In this document: piece after piece, positions 19,834 through 29,975 of the stretch | Numbering within the stretch: position 1 is the stretch's first letter | Layout of the letters: every line of letters starts with the position of its first letter | Assembly (NCBI GenBank): GCA_900617105.1 | Contig: UYFQ01000001.1 | Location: 4,216,001-4,280,000, forward strand | Reading direction: 5' to 3' | From: Hydrurus foetidus | Taxonomy: Eukaryota | Length of the DNA: 64,000 nucleotides | Made by a program: the position numbers and the translations under genes | The notes under the pieces: model-generated | What the model saw: only the letters and a program-made list of their open reading frames with translations | Databases searched by the model: none | What the model was told of the DNA's origin: nothing

Positions 19834-20775
19834 ATGGCCAGTAGCCTTTTTGCACTTGTTGATGACATCGCCACCATTCTTGACGATGTGGCGCTGCTTT
19901 CAAAAGTAGCCGCTAAAAAAACCGCTGGCGTGCTGGGCGACGACTTGGCTCTTAACGCGCAGCAGGTCAGCGGTGTTAGCGCCAACCGGGAGCTGCCGGT
20001 GGTGTGGGCGGTGGCCAAGGGGTCGTTCGTTAACAAAGCGATTTTGGTGCCGTCGGCGCTGGCCATCAGCAGTTTTGTTCCGTGGGCAGTAACGCCGCTG
20101 CTCATGGCGGGTGGCGCGTATTTGTGCTTTGAGGGCTGCGAAAAATTAGCGCACAAGTATTTGCACAGCGCGCCCGAGCTGGCTGCACAGCGCGAAGAGC
20201 TGATGACAGCGCTGGCAGACCCGGCCATTGACTTGGTAGCGGTTGAAAAAGACAAAGTAAAAGGCGCGATACGCACCGACTTTATTTTGTCAGCCGAGAT
20301 CATTGTGATTACGCTGGGTACCGTGCAGGGCAGCCCGTTTGTTACGCAAGTCACCGTGTTGGCGGGTATCGCCGTGCTGATGACGGTGGGTGTCTATGGC
20401 TTGGTGGCAGGCATCGTGAAGCTGGACGATGGCGGTTTGTTTTTAAGTCATTTGGCCGGGGAAAGTGCTTGGCGAAAGTTTCAGCGCAGCTTTGGCCGGG
20501 GCGTGCTGTGGCTGGCGCCGTGGCTGATGAAGTTTTTATCTATTGCGGGCACGATTGCCATGTTTTTGGTCGGCGGCGGCATTTTGACGCACGCCATTGC
20601 GCCGCTGCAGCAAGCCATTGATAAGGTCACCGTGCAAGCGGCAGCGGTAAGCGGGCTTGGGCCGCTGCTTGGCGCTATTGCGCCGCTGCTACTCGACGCG
20701 GTAGTGGGTTTGCTGGCGGGCACGTTGGTGCTGCTGGCAGTCAACGGTTTTAAGAAAATAAAGAGTAAATTTTGA
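19834..20775 (+). CDS. DUF808/YedI inner membrane protein
   Basis: LDDVALLSKVAAKKTAGVLGDDLA and GAIRTDFILSAEI. Confidence 0.9.
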   Translation: MASSLFALVDDIATILDDVALLSKVAAKKTAGVLGDDLALNAQQVSGVSANRELPVVWAVAKGSFVNKAILVPSALAISSFVPWAVTPLLMAGGAYLCFEGCEKLAHKYLHSAPELAAQREELMTALADPAIDLVAVEKDKVKGAIRTDFILSAEIIVITLGTVQGSPFVTQVTVLAGIAVLMTVGVYGLVAGIVKLDDGGLFLSHLAGESAWRKFQRSFGRGVLWLAPWLMKFLSIAGTIAMFLVGGGILTHAIAPLQQAIDKVTVQAAAVSGLGPLLGAIAPLLLDAVVGLLAGTLVLLAVNGFKKIKSKF

Positions 20776-22022
20776 CAACTACACCTGCCGCCACCTTGGC
20801 AACGCCCCTTGAAATCGTTTGGGTAGAAGCCGGTAATACCCACACCGCGCTGTGGCGATCCGAGCGCTCGGCTCCCGCACCTAAGCGCGTGGTGCTGGCT
20901 GACGACACCATGAGCGCCGACACCGCTTACCGGCTGGCTTGCGAGGGCACGGGCTTGCTTTGGCGCGGCGATTTTCAAAACGCCCGCTTGCTGTTGCAAT
21001 CACTCGCCCGGCGGATAGACAAGCCGCCCAAGGCATCGAAAACGGCGCGGCAAGAACGCAAAAAGTCAGCCCACGCAGACGCTAACGGCGTGCCAGTGGG
21101 GCAGGCGTTTCATTTGTACCGGCAAGCGCAGGCTCAACGCGCACGAGTCCTCGGTATGGTTCTGATTGAGTTTGCGGCTGACTACAGCATTGCGCTGCGC
21201 CGCGCACCCGATGCCAGGCAGGCTTGCTTGGAAGCGTGGGGGCCAATCAGCGAAAGCCAGGGGGCCAGCGTGGCCTCGCTTCGCGAACTGATGGGCGTCA
21301 TCAGTGCGCACGAGTGGCGCAAGAAGGGCGTAGAGATTGCGGCGCTGACGTCAAGCGGTGCGGCGGTTGCCAAAGCCGCGCCTAACAACCGCATTTACCC
21401 GCATTACGGCGTGTTCTCGCCAGTGCGGGGCGAGTATGTTGATTTGGTCGCTACCGCGCCCCTGCCCAAGCAACGCCCACCGAAGTTTGTGGCGTTTGAC
21501 ATCGGCACCGGCACCGGCGTGCTGGCTGCCGTGCTGTCGTTGCGCGACGTAGACCAAGTGGTGGCGACTGACCAAGACCCGCGCGCGCTTGAATGCGCCA
21601 AAGAAAATATTTACAAACTGCGTTTGCCCAACCCGGTTAAGGTGATGCAGACCGATTTGTTTCCAGAAGGCTTGGCGTCGGTCATTGTCTGCAACCCACC
21701 ATGGCTGCCTGCGCGCCCCGGTTCGCCACTGGAGCGTGCCGTGTACGACGAGGGCAGCCAGATGCTGCTCGGGTTTTTAAACGGGGTGGCCGCGCACCTG
21801 GCACCGCATGGCGAGGCGTGGCTGATCTTGTCGGACTTTGCTGAGCACTTGGGCTTGCGGTCTCGCGCTGAATTGCTCGCGGCCATTCAAGCCGGGGGCT
21901 TGAAGGTGCTGGGCCGCATGGACGCAAAACCCGTGCACGCCAAGGCGCTTGACAGCACCAACCCCCTGGCCGAAGCACGCGGGCTAGAAGTGACCTCGCT
22001 CTGGCGCTTGGGCGCGGCTTAG
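20772..22022 (+). CDS. Class I SAM-dependent methyltransferase (HemK/MTS-like C-terminal domain)
   Basis: FDIGTGTGVLA and VCNPPW. Confidence 0.85.
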   Translation: MTTTPAATLATPLEIVWVEAGNTHTALWRSERSAPAPKRVVLADDTMSADTAYRLACEGTGLLWRGDFQNARLLLQSLARRIDKPPKASKTARQERKKSAHADANGVPVGQAFHLYRQAQAQRARVLGMVLIEFAADYSIALRRAPDARQACLEAWGPISESQGASVASLRELMGVISAHEWRKKGVEIAALTSSGAAVAKAAPNNRIYPHYGVFSPVRGEYVDLVATAPLPKQRPPKFVAFDIGTGTGVLAAVLSLRDVDQVVATDQDPRALECAKENIYKLRLPNPVKVMQTDLFPEGLASVIVCNPPWLPARPGSPLERAVYDEGSQMLLGFLNGVAAHLAPHGEAWLILSDFAEHLGLRSRAELLAAIQAGGLKVLGRMDAKPVHAKALDSTNPLAEARGLEVTSLWRLGAA

Positions 22023-22024
22023 CG

Positions 22025-23053
22025 ATGATTCTGTTAGCCCCGATGGAGGGCCTTCTTGATTTTGTGCTGCGCGATGTTTTAACCCGCGTTGGCGGCATTG
22101 ACCGCTGCGTGTCCGAGTTCATTCGCATCACTGACCAGCTGCTGCCGGAGCGTGTGTTCACCCGCATCGTGCCTGAATTGCACAACGGCGGGCGCACTTT
22201 TGCGGGAGTGCCGGTACGTGCACAACTGCTGGGGTCCGATCCGGTTTGCCTGGCCGAAAACGCGGCGCGGCTGGCGGCACTTGGCCCGGCGGGCATTGAT
22301 CTTAATTTTGGTTGCCCCGCCAATGTGGTGAATCGCCACGGCGGCGGGGCGAAGCTGCTGGATGAGCCTGAAACTATTTTTGCCATCGTCAGCGCGGTAC
22401 GCCGGGCCGTGCCCGCGCACATGCCCGTGTCTAGCAAAATGCGTTTGGGCTACCACGATGATTCACGCGCCATTGAATGCGCTTTGGCCATTGCTAACGG
22501 TGGCGCTGACGAGCTGGTGGTGCACGCCCGCACCAAGGTGCAGGCCTACCGCCCACCCGCCTACTGGAACCGGATTGCCGACATTCGCGCTGCGGTGACG
22601 ATTCCGGTCATTGCCAACGGTGAAATTTGGACGGTGCAAGACGCCGCTGCCTGCCGCGCTGCGTCCGGAAGCGACATGCTGATGCTTGGCCGTGGTGCGG
22701 TGGCAGACCCTGGGCTGGGTTTGGCGATCAAAGCCCAGATGCGTGGTGAGCGGAGCGGTCAGTCTGAAGCGCAAACAGCAGCAGTAACCTGGCCAACGCT
22801 AATGCCCTTGGTGCTCGATTTTTGGCACATCGTTACTACCCGGCTAGACAGCAAAGCCCAAGCCGGGAGGCTTAAGCAATGGCTGAATTTTTTGCGCCGG
22901 CGTTTCCCCGAAGCGGAAGCGGCTTACCAGGCGCTCAAAACCGTGAACAGCCCGGCTGAAGTTGAAGCTTGGCTGCAGCAAAATTTGCAGAGCCAAGCTG
23001 CGCAGGCGCAGTGGGCTGAAGAGCAATTTAAAACGCTGATTGAGCAGGTTTAA
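22025..23053 (+). CDS. dusC: tRNA-dihydrouridine synthase C
   Basis: LAPMEG, DLNFGCPA, VHART and PVIANGEIW. Confidence 0.9.
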   Translation: MILLAPMEGLLDFVLRDVLTRVGGIDRCVSEFIRITDQLLPERVFTRIVPELHNGGRTFAGVPVRAQLLGSDPVCLAENAARLAALGPAGIDLNFGCPANVVNRHGGGAKLLDEPETIFAIVSAVRRAVPAHMPVSSKMRLGYHDDSRAIECALAIANGGADELVVHARTKVQAYRPPAYWNRIADIRAAVTIPVIANGEIWTVQDAAACRAASGSDMLMLGRGAVADPGLGLAIKAQMRGERSGQSEAQTAAVTWPTLMPLVLDFWHIVTTRLDSKAQAGRLKQWLNFLRRRFPEAEAAYQALKTVNSPAEVEAWLQQNLQSQAAQAQWAEEQFKTLIEQV

Positions 23054-23055
23054 AT

Positions 23056-23104
23056 TGCTATTTATTCAGTAGCTGCTCGCGCCCATTTTCAATGCGCTGC
23101 AGCC
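23056..23104 (+). repeat. REP-like element copy 7
   Basis: TGCTATTTATTCAGTAGCTGCTCGCGCCCATTTTCAATGCGCTGCAGCC. Confidence 0.85.
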
Positions 23105-23114
23105 CTATTTAATA

Positions 23115-24968
23115 CTAATCGCCGAGCACCACGCCTTCACGCCGTGGGTCAGCGCCGCCGAAAAATCCGGTCGGCGTGCGCTGAATGGCTTGCAAGCCGC
23201 TGGTCATGTTCTGCTCACGCACTTCAGCACCGCGCGCTTTAAGCGCCTCAACGGTGGCAGGTGAAAAGCGCTTTTCTTCCAGCAGGCTAGGGCCGTTGTT
23301 GGAGCCGAAGTTAGGCAGGTCAATGGCTTGCTGGGCGTTCAAACCCCAGTTCAATGTGCCGTACAAAATTTTGGCGGTGTAGTGAATGATCAACGCGCCG
23401 CCGGGGCTGCCGCCGCTCATCACCACCTGGTTGGTGGCCTTGTCAAACACCAGCGTCGGCGCCATCGACGAGCGTGGGCGCTTGCCGGGCTGCACGCGGT
23501 TGGCAATGGGCTTGCCTTCAGCATCGGTGGGGGCGTAGCTGAAATCGGTCAACTCGTTGTTAAGCAAAAAGCCGCCCGCTTTGCCGGTGCCGCCGTTAGT
23601 TAATTGGCGCGCGCCAAAGGCGTCTTCAATCGTGGTGGTCATGGCAATGGCGTTGCCGTAGGCGTCAATGATGCTGATGTGCGAGGTGCCGTACTCGGGC
23701 TGGTCTGGCATAGGTGCGTAAGCCGTTTTTACCGCGCCGGGCACGCCGGGCTTGGCGGTTTTCATGCTCATGCCGCCCGGTTTTTGGTCAATCAGTGCGG
23801 CGCGGGTTTTGAGGTACGCCGGGTCTAGCAGGCTCATCCAGCTGCCGCCGGGGGCTTGCACAAAATCAGGGTCAGCCACGTACTGCGCGCGGTCGGCAAA
23901 GGCCAGCCGCGCGGCTTCGGTGTACAAATGCAACCAGTCGGCCGATGGGGTTTGGCTAGAGCCCATGGCACTGCCTGCAACCCCGCTCATGCCCATGGCG
24001 GGCGGCAACTCGGCTGCGTTAGTGTGGGTCAGCATGCCTAAAATTTGGCCCACTGCAATGGCGCCCGAGCTGGGCGGCGGCATGCCACATAAGCGGTAGG
24101 CTGCGTGCGCGGCGCTGTAGTCGGCGCACATCGCTTCACGTTTTTTGACCTGATAACCGGCGAGGTCACTCATGGTCAGTTTGCCTGGGTTGGTCGGGTG
24201 TTTCTGTACTTTGTCGACCATGGCTTGGGCAACTGCGCCTTCGTGCAGAGCGCTTGATCCCTTGGCCGCGATTTGCCGAAGCACATCTGCCAGGGCGGGG
24301 TTTTTCAGCAGCGTGCCAGCGGCCAGCGGGCTGCCATCGACGTTATAAAAATACGCGGCTGAAGCCGGGTCGGCTTTGAGGTATTTTTCGTCTTTAAGCA
24401 GCGTGGCCAAACGCGGGCTGACTTTAAAGCCGCTTTCTGCCAGCGTGATGGCAGGCGCAAACAGCTGTGCCCACGGCAGGCGGCCGTACTGCTTATGGGC
24501 GGCCTCCAGCATTCTTACGGTGCCCGGCACGCCGACTGATTTGCCACCGACCACGCCGTCATAAAACGGAATCGGCTTGCCGTCAGCCGCCAGAAATAAT
24601 TTTTCATCGACACCAGCAGGCGCGGTTTCGCGGCCATCAAACGCCTCAACCTTTGCGCCCGCGGCGTGCAGCATAAAAGCCCCGCCGCCAATGCCGCTGG
24701 ACTGCGGCTCAACCAGCGTAAGCACCATTTGCACTGCCACTGCTGCGTCAATGGCTGAACCACCCGCACGCAGTACCTGCAAGCCTGCATCAGTGGCCAG
24801 CGGATTGGCTGCAGCTACCGCAAAGCTTTTGGTGGCCCAACCCGGCTTGGGTGTGTAGCCGGAGCCGCCTTCAGGCTGCGCTGGAGGGTTGTACACAAAT
24901 GGGGCGGTGGGTGTGGCGCACGCGGCCAGCAAACCAGTCAAGCCAAGGGCAATGAGGCTGCGTTTCAT
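23115..24968 (-). CDS. ggt: Gamma-glutamyltransferase (lipoprotein)
   Basis: Lipobox LAAC; SGIGGGAF, DGRETAP, TSH nucleophile, NNELTDFS and PGKRPRSSMAP. Confidence 0.95.
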   Translation of the reverse strand: MKRSLIALGLTGLLAACATPTAPFVYNPPAQPEGGSGYTPKPGWATKSFAVAAANPLATDAGLQVLRAGGSAIDAAVAVQMVLTLVEPQSSGIGGGAFMLHAAGAKVEAFDGRETAPAGVDEKLFLAADGKPIPFYDGVVGGKSVGVPGTVRMLEAAHKQYGRLPWAQLFAPAITLAESGFKVSPRLATLLKDEKYLKADPASAAYFYNVDGSPLAAGTLLKNPALADVLRQIAAKGSSALHEGAVAQAMVDKVQKHPTNPGKLTMSDLAGYQVKKREAMCADYSAAHAAYRLCGMPPPSSGAIAVGQILGMLTHTNAAELPPAMGMSGVAGSAMGSSQTPSADWLHLYTEAARLAFADRAQYVADPDFVQAPGGSWMSLLDPAYLKTRAALIDQKPGGMSMKTAKPGVPGAVKTAYAPMPDQPEYGTSHISIIDAYGNAIAMTTTIEDAFGARQLTNGGTGKAGGFLLNNELTDFSYAPTDAEGKPIANRVQPGKRPRSSMAPTLVFDKATNQVVMSGGSPGGALIIHYTAKILYGTLNWGLNAQQAIDLPNFGSNNGPSLLEEKRFSPATVEALKARGAEVREQNMTSGLQAIQRTPTGFFGGADPRREGVVLGD

Positions 24969-25060
24969 GGGAAAGCTCCTAAATATTTGTAAACCAGCGC
25001 ACATGTTACGCGCAAACAAAAACAGCCCAAAATAGGGCTGTTTTGAGGTAATTTTAGGCC

Positions 25061-25106
25061 CCTTGGCCAATAAATACGGGCGCGAGCAGCTATTAATTAA
25101 ATAGCG
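25061..25106 (-). repeat. REP-like element copy 8
   Basis: CCTTGGCCAATAAATACGGGCGCGAGCAGCTATTAATTAAATAGCG. Confidence 0.9.
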
Positions 25107-25133
25107 TTTGGACAACGCTTGTTAATTCGGCGT

Positions 25134-25904
25134 TTACTTCGGTGCCAGGCGAATCGCACCGTCCAGGCGAATCACTTCACCGTTGAGCATGTCGTTTTCA
25201 AAAATATGCTGCGCCAGTTTGGCGTAGTCTCGCGGCGTGCCCAAGCGCGAAGGGAAGGGCACAGACGCCGCCAGTGAATCTTGTACTTCTTTCGGCATGC
25301 CAAACATCATGGGTGTACCAAAAATGCCCGGCGCGATCGTCATGTTGCGAATGCCGTTGCGCGCCAAATCACGGGCGATTGGCAACGTCATGCCGACAAT
25401 GCCGCCTTTAGATGCGCTGTAGGCGGCTTGGCCCATTTGGCCGTCGTACGCGGCAACCGATGCCGTTGATATCAGCACGCCGCGCTCGCCGGTGGCTTCT
25501 GGCTCGTTCTTGCTCATGGCCTCAGCGGCCAGGCGGATCATATTAAAGCTGCCAATCAAATTCACGGTGACGGTTTTGCTGAACACCGCGAGGCTATGCG
25601 CGCCGTTTTTACCCACCGTTTTTTCGGCTGGGGCTATGCCCGCACAGTTAACCAGGCCCATCAGCTTACCCATTGAAAGCGCTTTGGCGACCACGGCCTG
25701 GCCGTCGGCTTCTTGCGTGACGTCGCATTTGACAAAACAGACGTATTTGGCACCGCCAAGGTCTTTGGCAATCGCTTCGCCTTTTTCAATCTGCATGTCG
25801 GCAATCACCACGTGGCCACCCAGCCCCGCCAGCATGCGCGCCGTGCCTTCACCCAAGCCCGACGCGCCGCCGGTAACGATAAAAACTTTGCCTTTTATGT
25901 CCAT
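25134..25904 (-). CDS. SDR-family 3-hydroxyacyl-CoA dehydrogenase (type 2, HSD10-like)
   Basis: [22 protein letters not shown] and [10 protein letters not shown]. Confidence 0.92.
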   Translation of the reverse strand: MDIKGKVFIVTGGASGLGEGTARMLAGLGGHVVIADMQIEKGEAIAKDLGGAKYVCFVKCDVTQEADGQAVVAKALSMGKLMGLVNCAGIAPAEKTVGKNGAHSLAVFSKTVTVNLIGSFNMIRLAAEAMSKNEPEATGERGVLISTASVAAYDGQMGQAAYSASKGGIVGMTLPIARDLARNGIRNMTIAPGIFGTPMMFGMPKEVQDSLAASVPFPSRLGTPRDYAKLAQHIFENDMLNGEVIRLDGAIRLAPK

Positions 25905-25927
25905 GATGTATTTCCAGTAATTTGAAG

Positions 25928-25943
25928 TTGACGTTAACGTAAA
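25928..25943. promoter_or_regulatory. Candidate LiuR (MerR-family) operator
   Basis: TTGACGTTAACGTAAA matches the LiuR palindrome TTTACGTwwACGTAAA at 15/16, just upstream of an acyl-CoA degradation gene. Confidence 0.7.
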
Positions 25944-25968
25944 GCAGCTTCAAATTATGGCCCAAGCG

Positions 25969-26125
25969 GCGTTTAGAAATTCAGTTTTTCAGGATGAAGT
26001 GCAAGGCGCACGGCGCACAGCACCTAGGCGCGCACTTGTGTGCATGAGGATGTAGCACCGCCGAATGCCACGCGTTCGCTCACGCTCAGTGCCGCAATTC
26101 GCCTGAAAAATGAATTTATAAATGC
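25969..26125. mobile_element. MITE-like non-coding element with ~25-bp terminal inverted repeats
   Basis: GCGTTTAGAAATTCAGTTTTTCAGG ... CCTGAAAAATGAATTTATAAATGC. Confidence 0.65.
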
Positions 26126-26128
26126 TGC

Positions 26129-27187
26129 TTATTTGTAGCCAACCCGGTCAAGCATCTGCTGAATCTTCATCTGGCTGGCGCCAATGGACGCCACTGGCAA
26201 GGCTTCTTGCTTGAAGCTGCCGCCGCTCATGGTGCTGAGCGCAGTGTTGGTGAGCTTCACACCGGCCACGGTGGGGTACTCGTTGTTGCCGTTGGCAAAA
26301 TAGTCTTGCGCAGCCGGGCTGGCCAGGTATTCCATGAACTTAACCGCGTTGGCTGTGTTTTTGGCGTTTTTAGCAACTGCCGCACCCGACACATTCATGT
26401 GCGTGCCCCAGCTGGCCTGGTTAGGAAACACCACGCCGATTTTTTCCATCACGGCTTTGTCTTCTGGCTTGTCTGAGCGCATCAGGCGGGCCACGTAATA
26501 GGTGTTGGTAATGGCAATGCCGCACTCGCCAGCGGCTACCGCGCGAATCTGGTCGGTGTCGCCACCCTTGGGTGCGCGGGCCATGTTGTCGACCATGCCC
26601 TTGAGCCAGGCTTCAGCTTTGGCGTCGCCCACGTGTTCGGCCACTGCACCAAACAGCGACAGGTTGTACGGGTGCGAGCCCGAGCGGGTGCACAGCAAGC
26701 CCTTGTTTTTGGCATCGCCCAGCTCTTCGTAGGTGTCAACGTCCGCCAGCTTGACTCTGGCTTTGTCGTACACGATGACGCGGGCTCGGGTCGAATAGCC
26801 AAACCAGGTGGTGCCTTCGGGGGTTGCCTTGGCGCGCAGCGGGGCGGCAATGGCTTTTTCAAGCAAGGGGGATTTGATTGGCATGAACAAGCCGTCTGCA
26901 TCGCCTTTCCACAGGCGGGCCACGTCAACCAGCATGATCACGTCGGCAGGGGAGGCCGTGCCTTCGGCTTTGAGTCGCGCCAAAATGCCTGCGTCGTCAG
27001 CGTCAACGCGGTTGATTTTGATGCCGGTGGCTTTGGTGAAATCGGTGTACAGCGCTTCATCGGTCGAGTAATGCCGGGCAGAATACAGATTTAACACTTG
27101 GTCTTGCGCGTAGGCTGCGGTGCCTGCGCCCAACAATGTGGCCGCCGCTAGGGCGATGCTGACCAACACAGGAGCTTTTTTAAACAT
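26129..27187 (-). CDS. Fe(3+) ABC transporter substrate-binding protein (FbpA/FutA-like)
   Basis: Signal peptide; LYSARHY, SPADV, GGDTDQIRAVAAG and NTYY. Confidence 0.92.
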   Translation of the reverse strand: MFKKAPVLVSIALAAATLLGAGTAAYAQDQVLNLYSARHYSTDEALYTDFTKATGIKINRVDADDAGILARLKAEGTASPADVIMLVDVARLWKGDADGLFMPIKSPLLEKAIAAPLRAKATPEGTTWFGYSTRARVIVYDKARVKLADVDTYEELGDAKNKGLLCTRSGSHPYNLSLFGAVAEHVGDAKAEAWLKGMVDNMARAPKGGDTDQIRAVAAGECGIAITNTYYVARLMRSDKPEDKAVMEKIGVVFPNQASWGTHMNVSGAAVAKNAKNTANAVKFMEYLASPAAQDYFANGNNEYPTVAGVKLTNTALSTMSGGSFKQEALPVASIGASQMKIQQMLDRVGYK

Positions 27188-27232
27188 GTCGACGTCTTTC
27201 AGAAGTTGGAAAAACTCCAGTGTAGCATTACG

Positions 27233-27251
27233 AACGCGAATAGTTCTCATT
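27233..27251. promoter_or_regulatory. Candidate Fur box
   Basis: Reverse strand AATGAGAACTATTCGCGTT, a 19-bp Fur-like site 46 bp upstream of the iron-binding protein. Confidence 0.7.
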
Positions 27252-27272
27252 AAAGTTTCGAATGTTGTTTGG

Positions 27273-28160
27273 ATGGCAGCCGCAATCGCTCTGGCGGGTT
27301 GCGCCGCAACGCGCCCTGCAGCCACCAGCCCCCCAGCGCAGCCGCTACCGCCTGTGGTGGCGGCTAAAAAGCCCCTGAAAATTGGCTTGGCATTGGGCGG
27401 CGGGGCGGCGCGCGGTTTTGCGCATGTGGGCGTGATTGCGGTGCTGGAAGAGGCGGGCCTTAAACCGCAACTGGTGGTGGGCACATCGGCGGGCAGCTTG
27501 GTGGCGGCGCTGTATGCCAGCGGCAAAACCAGCGCCCAGCTGCAGCAAACCGCGTTGAACATGGAAGAAGTGGCGATTACCGACTGGATGCTGCCTATCG
27601 TGGGGCGAGGCATGTTCAGGGGGGAGGCGCTGGCGCGCTACGTGAACGAGCTGGTTGCCAGCCGCTTGATCGAAAACATGGCGTTGCCGCTGGGCATCGT
27701 TGCCACTGACCTGAACAGCGGCAACGCGGTTCTGTTTCAAAAAGGCGATACCGGCGTGGCGGTACGGGCGTCTAGCGCAGTGCCGGCTGTTTTTGTACCG
27801 GTCAAAATCAATGGCCGCGAATATGTAGACGGCGGGCTGGTGGCGCCGGTACCGGTGCGTTTTGCCCGGCAGATGGGCGCCGATGTGGTGATTGCGGTGG
27901 ACATTTCAAATGCGCCCGAAGCCAGCGCCACCGACGGCACGCTGCAAATTTTGCTGCAAACTTTTGCCATCATGGGCAAAAGCATCAATGACTTTGAGCT
28001 CAAAGGCGCAGATATCGTGGTGCGGCCGTCGCAGGTGGGCTTGAAAAGCGCTGATTTTTCAGCTCGGCAACGCGCTATTGATGCGGGCCGTGCGGCCATG
28101 CTGGCGGCGTTGCCTGCGTTGAAAGCCAAGCTGGCAGGCGAGCTGGCGGTTAGTCGGTGA
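27273..28160 (+). CDS. Patatin-like phospholipase (lipoprotein)
   Basis: LAGC lipobox; GGGAARG, GTSAG and DGG motifs; start uncertain. Confidence 0.9.
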   Translation: MAAAIALAGCAATRPAATSPPAQPLPPVVAAKKPLKIGLALGGGAARGFAHVGVIAVLEEAGLKPQLVVGTSAGSLVAALYASGKTSAQLQQTALNMEEVAITDWMLPIVGRGMFRGEALARYVNELVASRLIENMALPLGIVATDLNSGNAVLFQKGDTGVAVRASSAVPAVFVPVKINGREYVDGGLVAPVPVRFARQMGADVVIAVDISNAPEASATDGTLQILLQTFAIMGKSINDFELKGADIVVRPSQVGLKSADFSARQRAIDAGRAAMLAALPALKAKLAGELAVSR

Positions 28161-28214
28161 TTGGTGGGCGGTAGACGGTAGACAGTAAAAGCGAGCCGTC
28201 ATCACCGAATTATT

Positions 28215-28260
28215 TGCTATTAATTAAGGAGCTGCTCGCGCCCGTGTTTATTGGGCTAGG
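28215..28260 (+). repeat. REP-like element copy 9
   Basis: TGCTATTAATTAAGGAGCTGCTCGCGCCCGTGTTTATTGGGCTAGG. Confidence 0.9.
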
Positions 28261-28331
28261 ACACTTTTTATACCTAAAATGTGCTTAAAAAGCAGCTTGA
28301 AGGGCAAAACCCTGCGCCGTCAAGCCACCGA

Positions 28332-29627
28332 TTACTTGCGCTTGACTGCGCTTAGTTTTTGCAGCGATTGCAAAATCAGTGGTGCGACATCGATCGCGGT
28401 CTGACTGCCACTGTTGGCGCCCACGTCCAGGCCCTTTTGGCTTGATTCCACAAACCCACGCCCGCCCACAATGATGACCAGCGCCGGGTTGCGTGATGCT
28501 TTGCGCACTTGGGCGATGGTTTCGGCTACGCGCGGCATCCAGTGGTCTCGGGTGAAAGCGGTGCTCAACGTCAGGTCAAGCGCGTCAAACCAGGTGTTGG
28601 ACACCATGTCTTGCAGCGCCGCGTTCGATGATGGAAATTCTGATTGCGGCGCCCAGCCGCGCTGGTGCAACATTTCAGAGTCAAGCACTGCGCTAAGCAA
28701 ATGCAGCTCGCCGGGCTGCGGAACAATCAGCACGGCAGGGGCGTCAATGCTTACAGCGGGAACGCTACCCGACATGTTTTCGCGCATCGACGACTGCAAC
28801 CGCGACAAGCCAATAGATACATCGAATTCACTGCAATCGTCGTTGCTCCACATGTCGCCCAGGCCGCGCGCGGCGGGCTCAAGTAACTGGCTACACAGCT
28901 GGCGCAGCGAATGCGTTTCGGTGTAGAACTGCGTGATGAGCTCGTGCGCAGCGTCGGGCTCGGCTTTGATGAGTTTGTGCACCAGCTCGCCGACCCGCAA
29001 GTCGACAGGCAGCAGCAGCTGCTGCGCGGCGTTGTGCCGGGCAAACAGCTGCGGCAGGGCGATGGTTTTGACCGCGTCTAGCAGAGTCGGCTCAACAGAT
29101 AGGCCAGTCAATGAATGGGTATTTTGGTTGGCTGCGGGCGCGTAGCCACGCTGCAGGTCAGCGGCCAGGTTGCCCGAGCCTTGCGGCCTGCGAAACAGGC
29201 TGTCAACCAAGCTGTGCGGCGCTTCGTTGGCGCTAGCGGGCGCGCTGGACAGCGCCGGCTTGCGGGTTGAAAACCGCATGTCCCAATCGCCAAAAAACCG
29301 AAGCGGTACGCGTTGGTTGCCCATGATTTGGATGTCAGTGTGACGCGGGTCGCGTTGAATCGAGTCCCACACTTTGGCCAGCTTGTCGGGGTGGCCCTCA
29401 ATCCATTGAAAAAACCGGCCTTCGTCATAGACCAGCAGGCCAGTTAAGTCATTGGCCTGGTTGTGCTTGCGTGCCGACTCTAAAAGCTCGGCCAGCTGCA
29501 ATTCTGAAAAAGGGGCAACCGCGCGACTGCGGTAAGAAATGGTGGCAAGCTGCTCAGCACTGCTCGAATAGCTGGTCGCTGAAGCCAGTGCTTCAAAGCT
29601 GCTGAGTGAGGAGGTTGCAATAGCCAT
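28332..29627 (-). CDS. BLUF photoreceptor fused to a B12-binding-fold (AppA/PpaA/AerR-like) domain
   Basis: BLUF YRSRA..ARKHN..LTGLL..FFQWIEG..DPRH..FGDWDM; C-terminal EPAARGLGDMWSNDDCSEFDVSIG and PGELHLL..RGW. Confidence 0.85.
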   Translation of the reverse strand: MAIATSSLSSFEALASATSYSSSAEQLATISYRSRAVAPFSELQLAELLESARKHNQANDLTGLLVYDEGRFFQWIEGHPDKLAKVWDSIQRDPRHTDIQIMGNQRVPLRFFGDWDMRFSTRKPALSSAPASANEAPHSLVDSLFRRPQGSGNLAADLQRGYAPAANQNTHSLTGLSVEPTLLDAVKTIALPQLFARHNAAQQLLLPVDLRVGELVHKLIKAEPDAAHELITQFYTETHSLRQLCSQLLEPAARGLGDMWSNDDCSEFDVSIGLSRLQSSMRENMSGSVPAVSIDAPAVLIVPQPGELHLLSAVLDSEMLHQRGWAPQSEFPSSNAALQDMVSNTWFDALDLTLSTAFTRDHWMPRVAETIAQVRKASRNPALVIIVGGRGFVESSQKGLDVGANSGSQTAIDVAPLILQSLQKLSAVKRK

Positions 29628-29899
29628 GTTCGGGGTCCTGAAATTGATCTACTAACAGTGTGTTGAGCAGTCCCTTGATTTCCTCGTGGCGGAAATAATT
29701 GCAGGCAGTCCCGTGAATGCTCGATTTTTACACAGAACGAGCTGCATTCAGGCCGCTTGCACTGCTTTCCCCGTCAGATTGGTAGGCTTTGCAAACCTTT
29801 TCGCGGCATTGTTTTTTTAATCCGTTTGTGACGATGTTCAGCTTGAGCGCATGGCTTCGGGTTTATCAGAATCGTTGGAGCCGGTTTGACTACAGGCGT

Positions 29900-29930
29900 A
29901 AAAAAGCCCAGTTCAAAGACTGGGCTTTTT
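29900..29930 (-). terminator. Rho-independent terminator after phaP
   Basis: AAAAAAGCCCAGT TCAAAG ACTGGGCTTTTT. Confidence 0.85.
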
Positions 29931-29975
29931 GTGAACCATAGACAAGCTATGGACGAGCTAGGGGCAAGCTAAAAA

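Noticed and set aside
24969..25115. N-terminal extension of ggt containing the REP
   Set aside because: The lipoprotein signal starts at 24968 with an AGGAG RBS, so this REP copy is intergenic and was not counted as coding.
27188..27613. N-terminal extension of the iron-binding protein ORF overlapping the patatin gene
   Set aside because: The signal peptide begins at ATG 27187 and a Fur-like box lies within the supposed extension.
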